Virus record (IMG/VR): IMGVR_UViG_3300035661_000010 | From: a virus | Reading direction: 5' to 3' (one strand) | Length of the DNA: 64,000 bases | Shown: piece after piece, positions 27,122-37,737 of the stretch | How positions within the stretch are numbered: position 1 is the first letter of the stretch | Layout of the letters: the number at the start of each line of letters is the position of its first letter | Program-made: the position numbers and the translations under genes | The notes under the pieces: model-generated | The model's database searches: none | What the model was told of the DNA's origin: nothing | Seen by the model: the letters and a program-made list of their open reading frames with translations, nothing else

Positions 27122-27577
27122 ATGGCCATCGGTCGACCTCCCGTTCATGGACGGAGCAAAACTCCGGAACATATTGCATAGGTTGCGATGAAGCAGCGCT
27201 GTTACAACGTCAACCATGCTGACTATGCCAGGTATGTCGGTCGCGGAATCAGGGTCCATGCACGCTGGCTCGAAAGTTTCGAGGCGTTCCTCGAAGACAT
27301 GGTGGCGAGACCAAGTCGAAGGCACTACTTGGATCGAAAGAAGAATGACGAGAACTACTCTCCAGAGAATTGTCGATGGGCGACGTCCATCGAACAGAAC
27401 AACAACACCAGACTCAATCGTTCGCTGACGTTCAATGGTGTGATGCGCACTCTTGCTGAATGGGCTCGGGAGTTGGGCATTCCGTGGAACACGATTCGAA
27501 ATCGCGTGCGAAGAAATTGGAGCACCGAGCGCGTGCTTACAACTCCGAAGGGTAGGTACTCGTGGCAGAACGGCTGA
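27122..27577 (+). pseudogene. HNH-type homing endonuclease with in-frame amber at 27179
   Basis: HGRSKTPEHIA*VAMKQRCYN...GRGIRV..RW..FEAF..DM...LDR..ND.NYSPENCRWAT. Confidence 0.8.
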
Positions 27578-29448
27578 GTCAGAAGGCGCTGGGATGGATT
27601 CGAAAGTCGTTCCAGCGCGAGCAGGAGGTCCGCCGCGAACTGGGCCCGCGGCGCCCTTACTTCGATCCATCAGGGCGCGACTTCAACCTGATGTCGATGT
27701 ACGGGTACGACGTCGTCGGCGACTACCTGAAGCTCGACCACGATCTGTTCACGCGCTTCTACGACTACGAGGAGATGGACGACTACCCGGACCTCGCCGC
27801 CGCCCTCGACATCTACGCGGACGACTCCACGTGCATGGACGCGGAGAAGAAGAAGTCCATCTGGATCGAAGGCGATGACGCTGACGTTGTCGATGGCCTC
27901 AACTCGATGCTGGGGCGCACCCGAGCAGAAGAGCAGGTCTGGGAGCAGGCCCGGAGTCTCTGCAAGTACGGGAACAACTACGAGGAGATGCTCGTCAACG
28001 ATCAGGGCGTGCAGGCGCTTGCGTTCATGCCGCCGGCCACCGTTCGTCGTATTGATGGGATCAAGGGCGAGAACCTTGGATTCGTGCAGTCGTTCTCGGG
28101 AGACTTTACGGTCGATCCGACTCAGTTCGGCGATCTGCTGAACTCCCCAGACATGCAATCAGGTGGTGAGTCCGCGATCGCGCTCGAGGGCTGGCGTATC
28201 TCGCACATGCGCATCAGGAGCAAGTACCGAGCTGCGATGTATGGACACTCGGTCCTAGATCCGGCCAGATGGATCTGGAAGCGACTCATGCTGCTCGAGG
28301 ACGCGGTTCTGATCTACAAGCTGACTCGCTCCCCAAGCCGATACGCGTTCTACATCGACACCGGACGCCTTCAGGGAGACGAAGCGCTCGCGTACACAAA
28401 TCGCGTGGCGCAGATGTACAAGAAGAAGAAGTTCGTGAACCCGAAGACGGGGCAGCTCGATCTTCAGTTCAACCCACTTGGCTACGACGAGGACTTCTTC
28501 CTGCCAGTCGGAACGGACGGCCGCGGTTCGAAGATCGAAGTGTTGTCGGGTCCGACATTCCAGTCGATGGAAGACGTCGAGTACTTCTTGAAGAAGCTCT
28601 TCGCAGCGATCAAGATCCCGCGTGCGTACCTCGGATTCAGCGAGGACATCGCAGCGAAGGCGACCCTGTCTCAGCAGGACGTTCGTTTTGCGCGCACCGT
28701 TCTTCGCATCCAGAGGGAGATCAGAAACGGTTGGAGGAAGATCGCGGAAGTCGATCTGGCTGCACGCAACATCGATCCGCAGCACGCGAAGTTCGACGTC
28801 ATGATGAGCGTTCCGAGCTCGCTCTTTGAGATGGGCCAGATGGAGGTCCGCAACTCGCGAGCTGCACTCGCATCGGCCATGGAGCGAAACGTCTCCCAGT
28901 ACTGGATCCTCCAGAACGTCTACGGGATGAGCGACGACGAGATCAAGGTCATCATCAAGCAGCGCCGTCAGGAGAAGCTCGAAGATGCGAAATGGGACGC
29001 CGAAGTCCAGCGCGCCATGCAGCTCGGCATGGAAGGTCAGCCAATCCTTGCGGTAAGCAAAGAGGGTGAGCCTGTTCCGAACATCCCGCTGCCGTCTGCG
29101 CAGGCGGACATGGCCTCCGCGGATTCGAGAGAAACCCAGATCGGTGGCGGCTCTGCACCGAAGCAGCTGATGCCGCATGGGTTCGCTTCGGAGTCGCGTC
29201 GTCAGCGCACGGTGACGATCCATCCGCTTGCCCGATCCAACCTGAGCATGCTTCCCCGCCGTGGCAACGGTGTGATCACAGAGCGCGAGCTGATGTCGGG
29301 TCGGCCCGGGGATGAGCGCGACGCGCGAGCCGAGCTGGAGCGCGTCATGAGTCGGAATCCGACCCTCGTGGCATCGATCGAAGAGTCACGAAAACTGCTG
29401 AAAGAGCTGGCCGCAAGCCAGCGCTACCAGCGACACGACCGCAGGTAG
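27562..29448 (+). CDS. portal protein (T4 gp20-like)
   Basis: LMLLEDAVLIYKLTRSPSRYAFYIDTG; EDFFLP; DVEYFLKKLFAAIKIP; QDVRFARTVLRIQ. Confidence 0.95.
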   Translation: MAERLSQKALGWIRKSFQREQEVRRELGPRRPYFDPSGRDFNLMSMYGYDVVGDYLKLDHDLFTRFYDYEEMDDYPDLAAALDIYADDSTCMDAEKKKSIWIEGDDADVVDGLNSMLGRTRAEEQVWEQARSLCKYGNNYEEMLVNDQGVQALAFMPPATVRRIDGIKGENLGFVQSFSGDFTVDPTQFGDLLNSPDMQSGGESAIALEGWRISHMRIRSKYRAAMYGHSVLDPARWIWKRLMLLEDAVLIYKLTRSPSRYAFYIDTGRLQGDEALAYTNRVAQMYKKKKFVNPKTGQLDLQFNPLGYDEDFFLPVGTDGRGSKIEVLSGPTFQSMEDVEYFLKKLFAAIKIPRAYLGFSEDIAAKATLSQQDVRFARTVLRIQREIRNGWRKIAEVDLAARNIDPQHAKFDVMMSVPSSLFEMGQMEVRNSRAALASAMERNVSQYWILQNVYGMSDDEIKVIIKQRRQEKLEDAKWDAEVQRAMQLGMEGQPILAVSKEGEPVPNIPLPSAQADMASADSRETQIGGGSAPKQLMPHGFASESRRQRTVTIHPLARSNLSMLPRRGNGVITERELMSGRPGDERDARAELERVMSRNPTLVASIEESRKLLKELAASQRYQRHDRR

Positions 29449-29608
29449 CCGTTCGCTCAAGGTAGTGTGGTTCAGAAGCCGTACTGTGCATCCGTCGTGT
29501 GCACGCGGTTTCTGTAAGATCGCGTCTTCTTGACTATCGAGCCAGGTTACGAATACTCGTTTCTGACGATGCTTGGTCACAACCGACTAAGCCACATCGG
29601 AGGATTCG

Positions 29609-31174
29609 ATGAACGCTAACGGTCGGAACATGACCTCTCTCGCTGAAGACTTCCGCCAGCTCGGCATGGACCCGACAGGCAAACCGCTCAACCAGCTCCG
29701 TGAGGATGTTCAGACCTCTGGTCACGGGACGAGCTACCCGTCCCCCGGCCAGGTCATCAAGCCCGGCGTCCGCAACCCGGACGATTCGAAGGGCGAGACG
29801 GACCCGAATCACGCCGAGGCATTCGCGACCCTGGAGCGCCGTCTCCGTCGTTCGACCCTTCGTCGCGAGGGTGCGGATGCGGACATGGAGCTGAAGCCGG
29901 AGGATGATGCGGATGGCGATCCGGAGAACGAGGGGGACGAGGAGATGCCCAAGGCAGAGTCTCGCCGCCGCGCTCGCCGCGTGCGTGCCGAGGGAGCATT
30001 CCCGGGCGCCGCACCGCCGTTCGAGGATGACATGGATCAGGAAGAGGGCGACGAAGAAGAGCCCGAGGATGAGGACGACGATGAGATGGAGGGTGATGAG
30101 CCCGAAGTCGAGGGCCGTCATGCCGAAGGCGACGAAGAGGAGCCTAAGGACGAAGACGACGAAGAGGAGCCCAAGGGCGAAGACGACATGCCGCCCGAGA
30201 AGGTGGACGTCGGCGAAGTCCGCATCGTGATGCCGAAGGGCAAGAAGATCGCCGAGTGCCGTCGCGCAGCGTACCGCGGTGCGAAGTCGATCTCGGAGAG
30301 CCTGAAGCGTGATCGCCTGGTCCAGGCATCCCGCCGGCGCATCGGCAAGATCGTCGAGTCGGTCTTCGGCGTCAGCCGCAAGAACACGAAAGACGCGCGC
30401 CTTGCCGAGATCCGCGCCCTCACGGAGGCGATCAAGGCACCGACCACCCGCTTCGACGACTTCGTCGATCGGTTCAACGCGATGGCCAACCTCGACGAAG
30501 CCCTCGTTGTGAAGTTCGCCGAGCTCCACGGTGAGCTGGAGATGCCGCGCCGCTGGCCGGTGTCCTTCAAGACGCTTGCCGAGGCGAGCCTGTCTCGTGC
30601 CGCTGACTCTGCGCACACGCTACGCGAGATGAGCCGCATCCGTTCGAAGCGCCTCACCCGCGCCGAGTCGAACCTGCTCGAGGAGCGCCTCGTCAAGTTC
30701 GGCAAGGAGCAGCGTGTCGCCTTCGGGGCGCTTACCGCTTCGCTTGCCAGCGCTCGCATGCTGGAGAGCGTCGATGATCTTCCTGGCGTCGAGCATGAAG
30801 ACGATGACGAGGACCAGGAGGAGTCGGCCGATGCCGCCGGCAAGAACATCGGCACCATGGGCGACGTTCCCGAGGATGACGATGAAATCCATGCCGAGAG
30901 CGCCTCCGATGACGGCAAGCCGTACGCAGAGATGGACGGCGACGAGATCCAGAAGGAGATGACCGCGCTCTCCAAGAAGATGGAGGCGGCCAAGGCTCGC
31001 ATGAAGGAGTGCGGTCCCGGCATGAAGGAAGACGGTCGCATGCCGACCGACGACCATCTCCATGACGAGGCGAGCCGTCGTAACCGATACGAGGACACCG
31101 AGGAGCCGATCAATCCGGAGCTGCCGTATGGCGAGAGCCGCCTGCGCCCTCGCACGACCCCTCGGCGTCGCTGA
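29609..31174 (+). CDS. highly acidic prohead core/scaffold-like protein
   Basis: between portal and protease; D/E tracts; many LxE/ES sites. Confidence 0.6.
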   Translation: MNANGRNMTSLAEDFRQLGMDPTGKPLNQLREDVQTSGHGTSYPSPGQVIKPGVRNPDDSKGETDPNHAEAFATLERRLRRSTLRREGADADMELKPEDDADGDPENEGDEEMPKAESRRRARRVRAEGAFPGAAPPFEDDMDQEEGDEEEPEDEDDDEMEGDEPEVEGRHAEGDEEEPKDEDDEEEPKGEDDMPPEKVDVGEVRIVMPKGKKIAECRRAAYRGAKSISESLKRDRLVQASRRRIGKIVESVFGVSRKNTKDARLAEIRALTEAIKAPTTRFDDFVDRFNAMANLDEALVVKFAELHGELEMPRRWPVSFKTLAEASLSRAADSAHTLREMSRIRSKRLTRAESNLLEERLVKFGKEQRVAFGALTASLASARMLESVDDLPGVEHEDDDEDQEESADAAGKNIGTMGDVPEDDDEIHAESASDDGKPYAEMDGDEIQKEMTALSKKMEAAKARMKECGPGMKEDGRMPTDDHLHDEASRRNRYEDTEEPINPELPYGESRLRPRTTPRRR

Positions 31175-31301
31175 AACGCGAGGCGTTCGAAGACCCGGCA
31201 CTTGATCGGATCGAACGCAGCGCAGCTCGGAGGGCCCGAAACTCCCCTCCGAGCCCGATGGGGCGACTCAAGAAAAAGCGGCCTGTTCCACCTACTCCGA
31301 A

Positions 31302-32951
31302 ATGACCATGACCAAGAACATCACCGAGAATCGTCGTGATCGTCAGGGAGCACTCCTGATGGATGCGTTCGAGTTCCGTCAGATCGGCCCTCTCACCGAG
31401 AGCACCGATTCGGCAGGGCAGCGGAAGGTTACTGGCAAGGGCACCTTCGGAATGGTGGACGTTCCCACCGCCAACGGACGCCTCTATCGGCGGACGTTGA
31501 TGGATCGGGAGATCAACCGGCTTCGAGAACAGATCTCGGCTCGCAAGGTATACGGCGAGCTCGATCATCCCGCAGACGGAAAGACCCTCATGCAGAGGGT
31601 CAGCCACCTGATCACGTCTCTGGAGATTCGTCCGGACGGCGTCATCTACGGCGAGATGGAAGTCATCCCGGGTACGCAGCAGGGCCAGAACCTGCTTGCC
31701 ATCCTGGAGGCGAAGGGTGCAGTGGGCGTGTCGTCGCGAGGCTTTGGCACAACGACCAAGGATGCGAACGGCAACGACGTCGTCAACGACGACTACACGC
31801 TCATGACGTTCGATGCGGTCGGTGATCCGGCAGCGGCGAGCGCCTATCCAGAGTTCAAAGGTGTTGGTGGCGCGTCGTCATACGGCGAGAGCAAGGAGTT
31901 CGATCAGATGGACATGCAGGAGCTGAAGCAGAAGCACCCCGCTCTCTACGAGAGCATCAAGAAGGAGGCGATCTCCGCTTCTGCCACCGCGATCGCGGAG
32001 GCTCGCAAGGACGAGCGCGCGAAGGTGGAGAAGGAGGCTCAGGAGGAGATCAAGAAGATCGCCCCCTCGATGGTGTCCGAGGCTCGCAAGAAGATCGAAG
32101 CCCAGTTCAAGAGCGACCCGAAGCTCGCTGGTGCACTCGGTCTGGTCGAGGCGCTGAAGCCCATCATGGCCCCCTTCGTCGTCGGCGGGGACGCCGCGAA
32201 GGCGCTTGCGGAGAAGGACGAAGAGATCGTCGAACTCCAGGCTCGCCTTCAGGAGTCGAACGAGAAGATCGTCAACCTGACCGAGGAGCGCGACATGGCG
32301 GTGAAGATCGGCAAGCGCTCCGTTCTGCACCTCCACATGGAGAAGCGCCTCGGTGACTCGGGACAGGGTGCACATCCCTGCGCGGTTCAGCTCCGGTCGA
32401 TGATCGGTCGGATCGACGAGTCGACCACGCTCGAAGGTCTTGATCGCAAGATGGAGACGGTCGCCGGTTCGCTTCTCGAAGAGCGGGTTGCGCAGCGTGC
32501 GCAGAACCAGGAGATCGTCCGTCTTCGCGAGAAGCTCGAAGAGAAGAACCGCACGGTCGTCGAATCCCAGGAGCTCGCTCTTCAGATGGCGCTCTCCGGC
32601 TACATCGCCAAGAAGTGTGCGCGGCATCCGGCTTCGTCAATGCTCGAAGAGGCGATCGCGGGTCGTAATCCGCGCTCGAAGGTCGATATCGACACGCTCT
32701 TCGACGAGCTGAAGGAGTCGTTCCGCGGAAGCGAGACGCTTCGGAACGTCCAGGCTGGCGTGAGCCGAGAGGTTCCTCAGCGGCGCTCGATGGGACCGTC
32801 TGGCGTCAACAACGGAGGCAACCGTCTCCTGAGCGAGGGTCGTCGCGGCCCGGCGCCCAAGGGCAAGAACACGCAACCGAAGCAGCAGATCTTCGGCGTG
32901 CAGCTCGAAGAGATCCAGAAGCTGGCCGGCGTCACCGGCCTCAACGGGTAA
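31302..32951 (+). CDS. prohead protease (T4 gp21-like) fused to coiled-coil scaffold
   Basis: NGRLY, GELDHP, VSHLI, GVSSRGFG, TFDAVGDP; helical C-terminal region. Confidence 0.93.
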   Translation: MTMTKNITENRRDRQGALLMDAFEFRQIGPLTESTDSAGQRKVTGKGTFGMVDVPTANGRLYRRTLMDREINRLREQISARKVYGELDHPADGKTLMQRVSHLITSLEIRPDGVIYGEMEVIPGTQQGQNLLAILEAKGAVGVSSRGFGTTTKDANGNDVVNDDYTLMTFDAVGDPAAASAYPEFKGVGGASSYGESKEFDQMDMQELKQKHPALYESIKKEAISASATAIAEARKDERAKVEKEAQEEIKKIAPSMVSEARKKIEAQFKSDPKLAGALGLVEALKPIMAPFVVGGDAAKALAEKDEEIVELQARLQESNEKIVNLTEERDMAVKIGKRSVLHLHMEKRLGDSGQGAHPCAVQLRSMIGRIDESTTLEGLDRKMETVAGSLLEERVAQRAQNQEIVRLREKLEEKNRTVVESQELALQMALSGYIAKKCARHPASSMLEEAIAGRNPRSKVDIDTLFDELKESFRGSETLRNVQAGVSREVPQRRSMGPSGVNNGGNRLLSEGRRGPAPKGKNTQPKQQIFGVQLEEIQKLAGVTGLNG

Positions 32952-33014
32952 CGCGCGAAGGTCGAACGTTACCGCAACAGGCCGAAGAGAATAGTCAGCA
33001 GGAGGTAAGTCAAG

Positions 33015-34538
33015 ATGGAAGCACGTGAGATCGCTCGGATGCGTTCGCTCGCACAGAACCAGGGAAACGGTCAGCCGCAGCTGCTCGATGAGCAGTATGC
33101 GAACCACCTCGTCGGGAAGTGGAACTGGCTCACGAAGGGCATGGGCCTCGACAAGTGGACCAAGCTCTGCGTCTCGCGCCTCTGCGAGAACCAAATGGAG
33201 GAGTTCAAGCGCGCTGCGTCGCGTCGCGGGACCGTCCTCTCGGAGGACACCTCGGCCGCGAACATCCCGGACTACGTCCGCTTCATCTTCCCGGTCATCC
33301 GCCGCGTGTGGAACAACCTGATCGCTCCAGGGCTGGTCTCGGTCCAGCCGATGACGGCGCCTGTCGGAGGCGTCTTCGGCTGGGAGTACAAGTACGGCAC
33401 GTCCAAGGGAACGGTGACCGCGGGTCAGAACATGATCCAGAACTTCGACCGGAACTACTCCTCGGAGTATGTCGAGAACGAGCTGATCGGAACCGGCGAC
33501 GGTGCGACCACCACGTTCAACGACACGATCTCGTTCCTCCCGGTCAAGGCGACGAGCCTCGCGCAGCAGGGCCTCGCGCTGACCTTCACGGTCGGTGGCG
33601 TCACGACCACCAAGCTCCTCGCTGACAAGGGCGACGGAACCCTCATCGCCGGCTCGGGCATCACGAGCGGCACGATCAGCTACACGGGTGGTGCAATCCA
33701 CGTCGTGTTCACGACCGCGCCCGACAATGCGACGCCGATCTACGTGTCGTACTACTTCAGCATGGAGTCCAGCTCCACGAACGTTCCGCAGGTGAACGTC
33801 GACATCCAGCTCCAGGAGCTCAAGGCCCAGAGCCGCAAGCTTCGCTTCAACTGGAACAGCGAGTCGGCGGACGACATGCGGGCGATGCTTGGCATGGACA
33901 TCGAGTCCGAGCTGGTCTCCGGCGTTGCGAGCGAGATGTCGCTCGAAATCGATCGCGAGATCATCCAGGAATGCCGCAACTCCGGCACGACGATCCTCCA
34001 GTCGTTCGACGCCACGGTGCCGCCTGCGATCACCGCGGTCGAGCACTACCGCAACATCCTGACGCCGCTTACGCGCGTCTCGATGGACATCGCGTCGAAG
34101 ACGAAGCGCGGGCCTGGCAACTGGCTCGTCATCCCGACCGACGTCGCGGCGATCCTGAGCCAGCTCGAGACCCACGGCTTCTTCAAGTCGGTGTTCTCGC
34201 CTGGTGCGTCTCCGGCAGGCATGGGCGTCCTCGGACGTCCAGGCTTCCCGGTCCCCGCTGGCCCATCGGGCTACGGCGTGTACCAGCTCGGCGTGCTCCA
34301 GAACCGCTGGAACGTTTTCCTCGACCAGTACTACCAGTCTGGCGAGATCCTCGTCGGTCTCAAGGGTTCGACGTTCGTCGACGCGGGCTTCGTCTACGCC
34401 CCGTATGTCCCCATGCAGGTCACGCCGACCTTCCTGGAGCCCGCGGACTTCACGCTCCGCAAGGGTATGCGTACCCGATACGCGAAGAAGCTGCTGAACG
34501 CGGACTTCTACGGTCGCGTGACGGTCGCCGGTCTCTGA
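33015..34538 (+). CDS. major capsid protein (T4 gp23-like)
   Basis: FPVIRRV..NLIA..LVSVQPMTAPVG; SRKL...W; EIDREII; DAGFVYAPYVP; RKGMRTRYA. Confidence 0.96.
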   Translation: MEAREIARMRSLAQNQGNGQPQLLDEQYANHLVGKWNWLTKGMGLDKWTKLCVSRLCENQMEEFKRAASRRGTVLSEDTSAANIPDYVRFIFPVIRRVWNNLIAPGLVSVQPMTAPVGGVFGWEYKYGTSKGTVTAGQNMIQNFDRNYSSEYVENELIGTGDGATTTFNDTISFLPVKATSLAQQGLALTFTVGGVTTTKLLADKGDGTLIAGSGITSGTISYTGGAIHVVFTTAPDNATPIYVSYYFSMESSSTNVPQVNVDIQLQELKAQSRKLRFNWNSESADDMRAMLGMDIESELVSGVASEMSLEIDREIIQECRNSGTTILQSFDATVPPAITAVEHYRNILTPLTRVSMDIASKTKRGPGNWLVIPTDVAAILSQLETHGFFKSVFSPGASPAGMGVLGRPGFPVPAGPSGYGVYQLGVLQNRWNVFLDQYYQSGEILVGLKGSTFVDAGFVYAPYVPMQVTPTFLEPADFTLRKGMRTRYAKKLLNADFYGRVTVAGL

Positions 34539-34556
34539 TCCGACTGAGGGTTGAGT

Positions 34557-34582
34557 AGGGGTCGAGCATGGTGCTCGATCCC
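34557..34582 (+). promoter_or_regulatory. stem-loop after the capsid gene
   Basis: GGGTCGAGCA-TGG-TGCTCGATCCC followed by a CT tract. Confidence 0.5.
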
Positions 34583-34621
34583 GCTCTCTCTCTCACCAAG
34601 CTCCAAGGAGAACGGATCAAC

Positions 34622-35173
34622 ATGAAGGCCACTGTCATCAACGCATCGCAAGCTCCGGTGTACCTGTCCATCACGGCACAGCAGGTCAATGCTGGCGCAT
34701 CCAAGGTCCTCTCGGGCCTTCGCATGGATCAGGTCAAGCAGCTGCAAGCCCTGTCCAGCAAGGACATCCAGGTTCAGACTGAGCTGGAGATGATCGACAA
34801 AGAGCCGATCGCCAGCACCATGAACACGCCCGCCAACCCGGTCGGCGGCGTCAAGCTCCTGGCGGGCTCTGGTCTCGTCCTCAAGGATGATGGCGTTGCC
34901 ATCGCCTATGCGGAGAAGATCGGGCTCGGCGTCTACGACGATGCAGCGTGCACGATTCCGAGCACGACCGCGACGTTCGACACGGCAACCCAGGGCACCA
35001 TCGACAAGGGGACCGGCACCAACCGGATCGAAGGCACGACCGATACGTCGGGCCGCCTCACGCTCCGGCTCAACGTCGGCGTGGCGCGTACCGTGTACAC
35101 GAAAGCGTTTCCTCTCGCCGCGACCTCTCGCGTCGTGGACTGCGCAGACAAGCACACGACCGTCTTCTCTTGA
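34622..35173 (+). CDS. putative head decoration protein, paralog 1
   Basis: follows capsid gene; SD AAGGAG; shares VYDDAACT.STTAT...GTN with the 35266 gene. Confidence 0.6.
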   Translation: MKATVINASQAPVYLSITAQQVNAGASKVLSGLRMDQVKQLQALSSKDIQVQTELEMIDKEPIASTMNTPANPVGGVKLLAGSGLVLKDDGVAIAYAEKIGLGVYDDAACTIPSTTATFDTATQGTIDKGTGTNRIEGTTDTSGRLTLRLNVGVARTVYTKAFPLAATSRVVDCADKHTTVFS

Positions 35174-35195
35174 TCGGGAAGTGGTCCGAGTGAGT

Positions 35196-35229
35196 AGAGC
35201 GGTCTCGAAAGGGGCCGCTCTTTCTTTTT
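35196..35229 (+). terminator. intrinsic terminator
   Basis: GAGCGGTCTC-GAAA-GGGGCCGCTC + TTTCTTTTT. Confidence 0.9.
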
Positions 35230-35265
35230 GAGCAGGATTGGGCAGACTGAGCGAAGGAGAACGTC

Positions 35266-35817
35266 ATGAAGGTCACCGTCACGAACAGCAGCCAGGTGGG
35301 CGCGGACATCTCGTCGATCAGCCTCTTCCTGAAGCCAGGAACGAAGAAGGTGGCGTACGGGTGCTCACTTGCTCAAGCAGCGGATGCCCAACGTCACGCG
35401 TCCGCTCTTGTTCGAGTCGAGGTGGAGCAGGACCCGTCAGACAGGCCCATCGCATTCACCACGATGGCTGCTACCGCCGATCCTGCTGCCTTGGCGACAA
35501 CGTCGGCCGCCCAAGGCTTCACGCTCAAAGACTCCGCATCCGCCACGATCTCCATCGCAGAGCCTGTCGGACTCGCAGTCTACGATGATGCGGCGTGCAC
35601 GATCCTGAGCACGACGGCAACCCTGAACACGGCCTCGGTCGGTACCATCACCTCTGGTGCCGGTACGAACAAGGTTGAGATGGTGACCGCCGCCGGCCAG
35701 GTTGCGCTGACCGTGACGAAGACGACCGTGGGAGCTGTCTATCTGAAAGCGTATTCGTTGGCTGGCGCAACTCGAATTCTCGATAGTAGCGGAACACACA
35801 AGATCACGTTCTCCTGA
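35266..35817 (+). CDS. putative head decoration protein, paralog 2
   Basis: same length as and colinear with 34622..35173. Confidence 0.6.
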   Translation: MKVTVTNSSQVGADISSISLFLKPGTKKVAYGCSLAQAADAQRHASALVRVEVEQDPSDRPIAFTTMAATADPAALATTSAAQGFTLKDSASATISIAEPVGLAVYDDAACTILSTTATLNTASVGTITSGAGTNKVEMVTAAGQVALTVTKTTVGAVYLKAYSLAGATRILDSSGTHKITFS

Positions 35818-35848
35818 TCTTGAGCCAGTTCGCTGGTAGGCTCAGCGC

Positions 35849-36559
35849 ATGGCCCGTTACTACACGCTGAACCCCAAGAACCATTTGAACCACGCTCCGA
35901 ACGGAGTCTCGTTCGCGAAGCAGAATCGCAAGCTGGGCGACGTCTTTCAGGCGCCGCCCGGAAAGGACTACGACGACTTCTGCGAACGCGGCAAGAACGG
36001 GTCGTTGCCCATTCTTGTTCGAGCTTCGGGTCCGAGCGTCGTGCCCACTGGCAAATGTCCTCGTTGCGGAGAGGGAACGAACGCCGAAGTGCCGTGCTCG
36101 GTCGAGTGCTTCGTGAAGGCCGGGTACGAGGCAGAGAACTTCGAGACCTTTGTCTCGCGTTCACGAGAAGAGATCGCAGCCAGAAACGCACGAGCGTCGG
36201 CGGATGCCCCAGACATGTCGAAGCAGTTCGAGTTCGAACCGCGCCAGCCAGCCGGACCTCCGGTAAACCCTCGGGCCCCAGCGTCGGTGACGGCGCCCGA
36301 GTCGCTCGTGAACAAGGAGCTCGCCTCTGTCTTGAAGCCCGCCTACAAGCCCAAGACGGACGAGGGGCAGGATGAACAAAAACAGGTCACGCAATCGCTT
36401 GCGGATGACTCCACCCCACCCTCCAACCCGGCGGACCAAACTGGTCACGGAGCCATCACGGAAGCCTACGGGGCCACCTCCACGAACCCCACCACCACTG
36501 CGACGGCGAGGACTCAAGAAGTTGCCAAGGGTGGCTCTTCGGGCAAGACTCGTAAGTGA
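35849..36559 (+). CDS. hypothetical protein
   Basis: ORF; low-complexity C-terminus. Confidence 0.65.
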   Translation: MARYYTLNPKNHLNHAPNGVSFAKQNRKLGDVFQAPPGKDYDDFCERGKNGSLPILVRASGPSVVPTGKCPRCGEGTNAEVPCSVECFVKAGYEAENFETFVSRSREEIAARNARASADAPDMSKQFEFEPRQPAGPPVNPRAPASVTAPESLVNKELASVLKPAYKPKTDEGQDEQKQVTQSLADDSTPPSNPADQTGHGAITEAYGATSTNPTTTATARTQEVAKGGSSGKTRK

Positions 36560-36562
36560 TCC

Positions 36563-37327
36563 ATGACGAACGATGACCTTGCCCAGTACGTCCTTCGCTA
36601 CTTTGGCAAGGAGGTCGTTGATGTCGAACTGTCAGCTCGACAGCTCGTGGACATCCAGGGGGACGCGTTCCGATGGTTCAACGATCGGAAGGGCCTGCGC
36701 TGTAATGCGGGTCTGATCCTTACGGGCGCTCCGCAGTACGATCTAAGCTCGCTGAATCCAGCGGTGCAGGAGGTGCTGAGCGTGGCCTTTCCGCACGCAA
36801 CGGACGTTGACCTTCGAGCCATCTATGGGGACGACCTCGCGCTACCCGGTGTCCCCTGGGGCATGTTCCCGTACGGAGCACTACAGGGAGGCGTCTACTC
36901 GTCTCTTGTCCAGGCGGTTCAGTACCGAAAGACGGCCTCCAAGGTGATCTCCGCGGATCTCGATTGGGAGTTTCGACGGGTGATCGACCCGCTGACGCCG
37001 GGTGCGGCTCCGAAGCCGATGCTTGGGGTCACACCTGGGTTCAACGGTCCGCAGGGTCAGGCGATCATTCGCTACAAGGCGAAGCTCACTTCGATGGACC
37101 AGTTAGCGAACGATGACCGCGGTGAAGATTTTGTCGTCCGAAGAGCGGTCATCGCTGCCAAGGCTCGCCTCGGTCAGATCCGAGGAAAATGGCAAACGTT
37201 GCCGACAGCGCGCGGCGAACGGTCGATGAATGGCTCTGAGCTCCTGTCTTCAGCTGCCGAGGAGCTGAAGGATTTGAACGACGACATGGCATCAACGAAC
37301 ATGCCCATCCCGTTCTTCACGGCATAG
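36563..37327 (+). CDS. neck / head-tail adaptor (T4 gp13-like)
   Basis: G...VDVELS..QL; AKARLGQIRGKW..LP...SMNGSELL..A.EEL. Confidence 0.8.
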   Translation: MTNDDLAQYVLRYFGKEVVDVELSARQLVDIQGDAFRWFNDRKGLRCNAGLILTGAPQYDLSSLNPAVQEVLSVAFPHATDVDLRAIYGDDLALPGVPWGMFPYGALQGGVYSSLVQAVQYRKTASKVISADLDWEFRRVIDPLTPGAAPKPMLGVTPGFNGPQGQAIIRYKAKLTSMDQLANDDRGEDFVVRRAVIAAKARLGQIRGKWQTLPTARGERSMNGSELLSSAAEELKDLNDDMASTNMPIPFFTA

Positions 37328-37329
37328 TC

Positions 37330-37650
37330 ATGAAGTCGAAATTCGAGCTACTGCGCGAATCGTCCATGATGCCGCGCCCCGCACACGTGTCTCCGGGAGA
37401 CCCGGTATTCGTACCGTCGATGGGCAAGGGTCGTGTGACGGCCGTGACCGCGGGGAGCTGCTGGATTCACTTCGATAAGACGGTCGACGACTCTGGTCAG
37501 TCTTCGAGCACGTGGACGTCTACCGCCGCGCTGATCGCCGACCTCGAATGGAGAGATGGTCGTTGGTACATGGAGCCCAACAAACTCGGCTCCTCTGGCG
37601 ACGGACCTGGAGCGGAACGATTCTGGGGCGCACTACCTCCAGGTCAGTAA
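37330..37650 (+). CDS. hypothetical protein (SH3-like)
   Basis: GDPVFVPSMGKGRVT...IHFD; leader MKSKFELLRES. Confidence 0.6.
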   Translation: MKSKFELLRESSMMPRPAHVSPGDPVFVPSMGKGRVTAVTAGSCWIHFDKTVDDSGQSSSTWTSTAALIADLEWRDGRWYMEPNKLGSSGDGPGAERFWGALPPGQ

Positions 37651-37737
37651 GACCGCTTCGCTACCCTGCATCCGAAACCTGGTATGGTTGGGCCATTGCA
37701 ACCTGTCTGGTAAGGTCATCTCTAGGAGACGTTCTCG

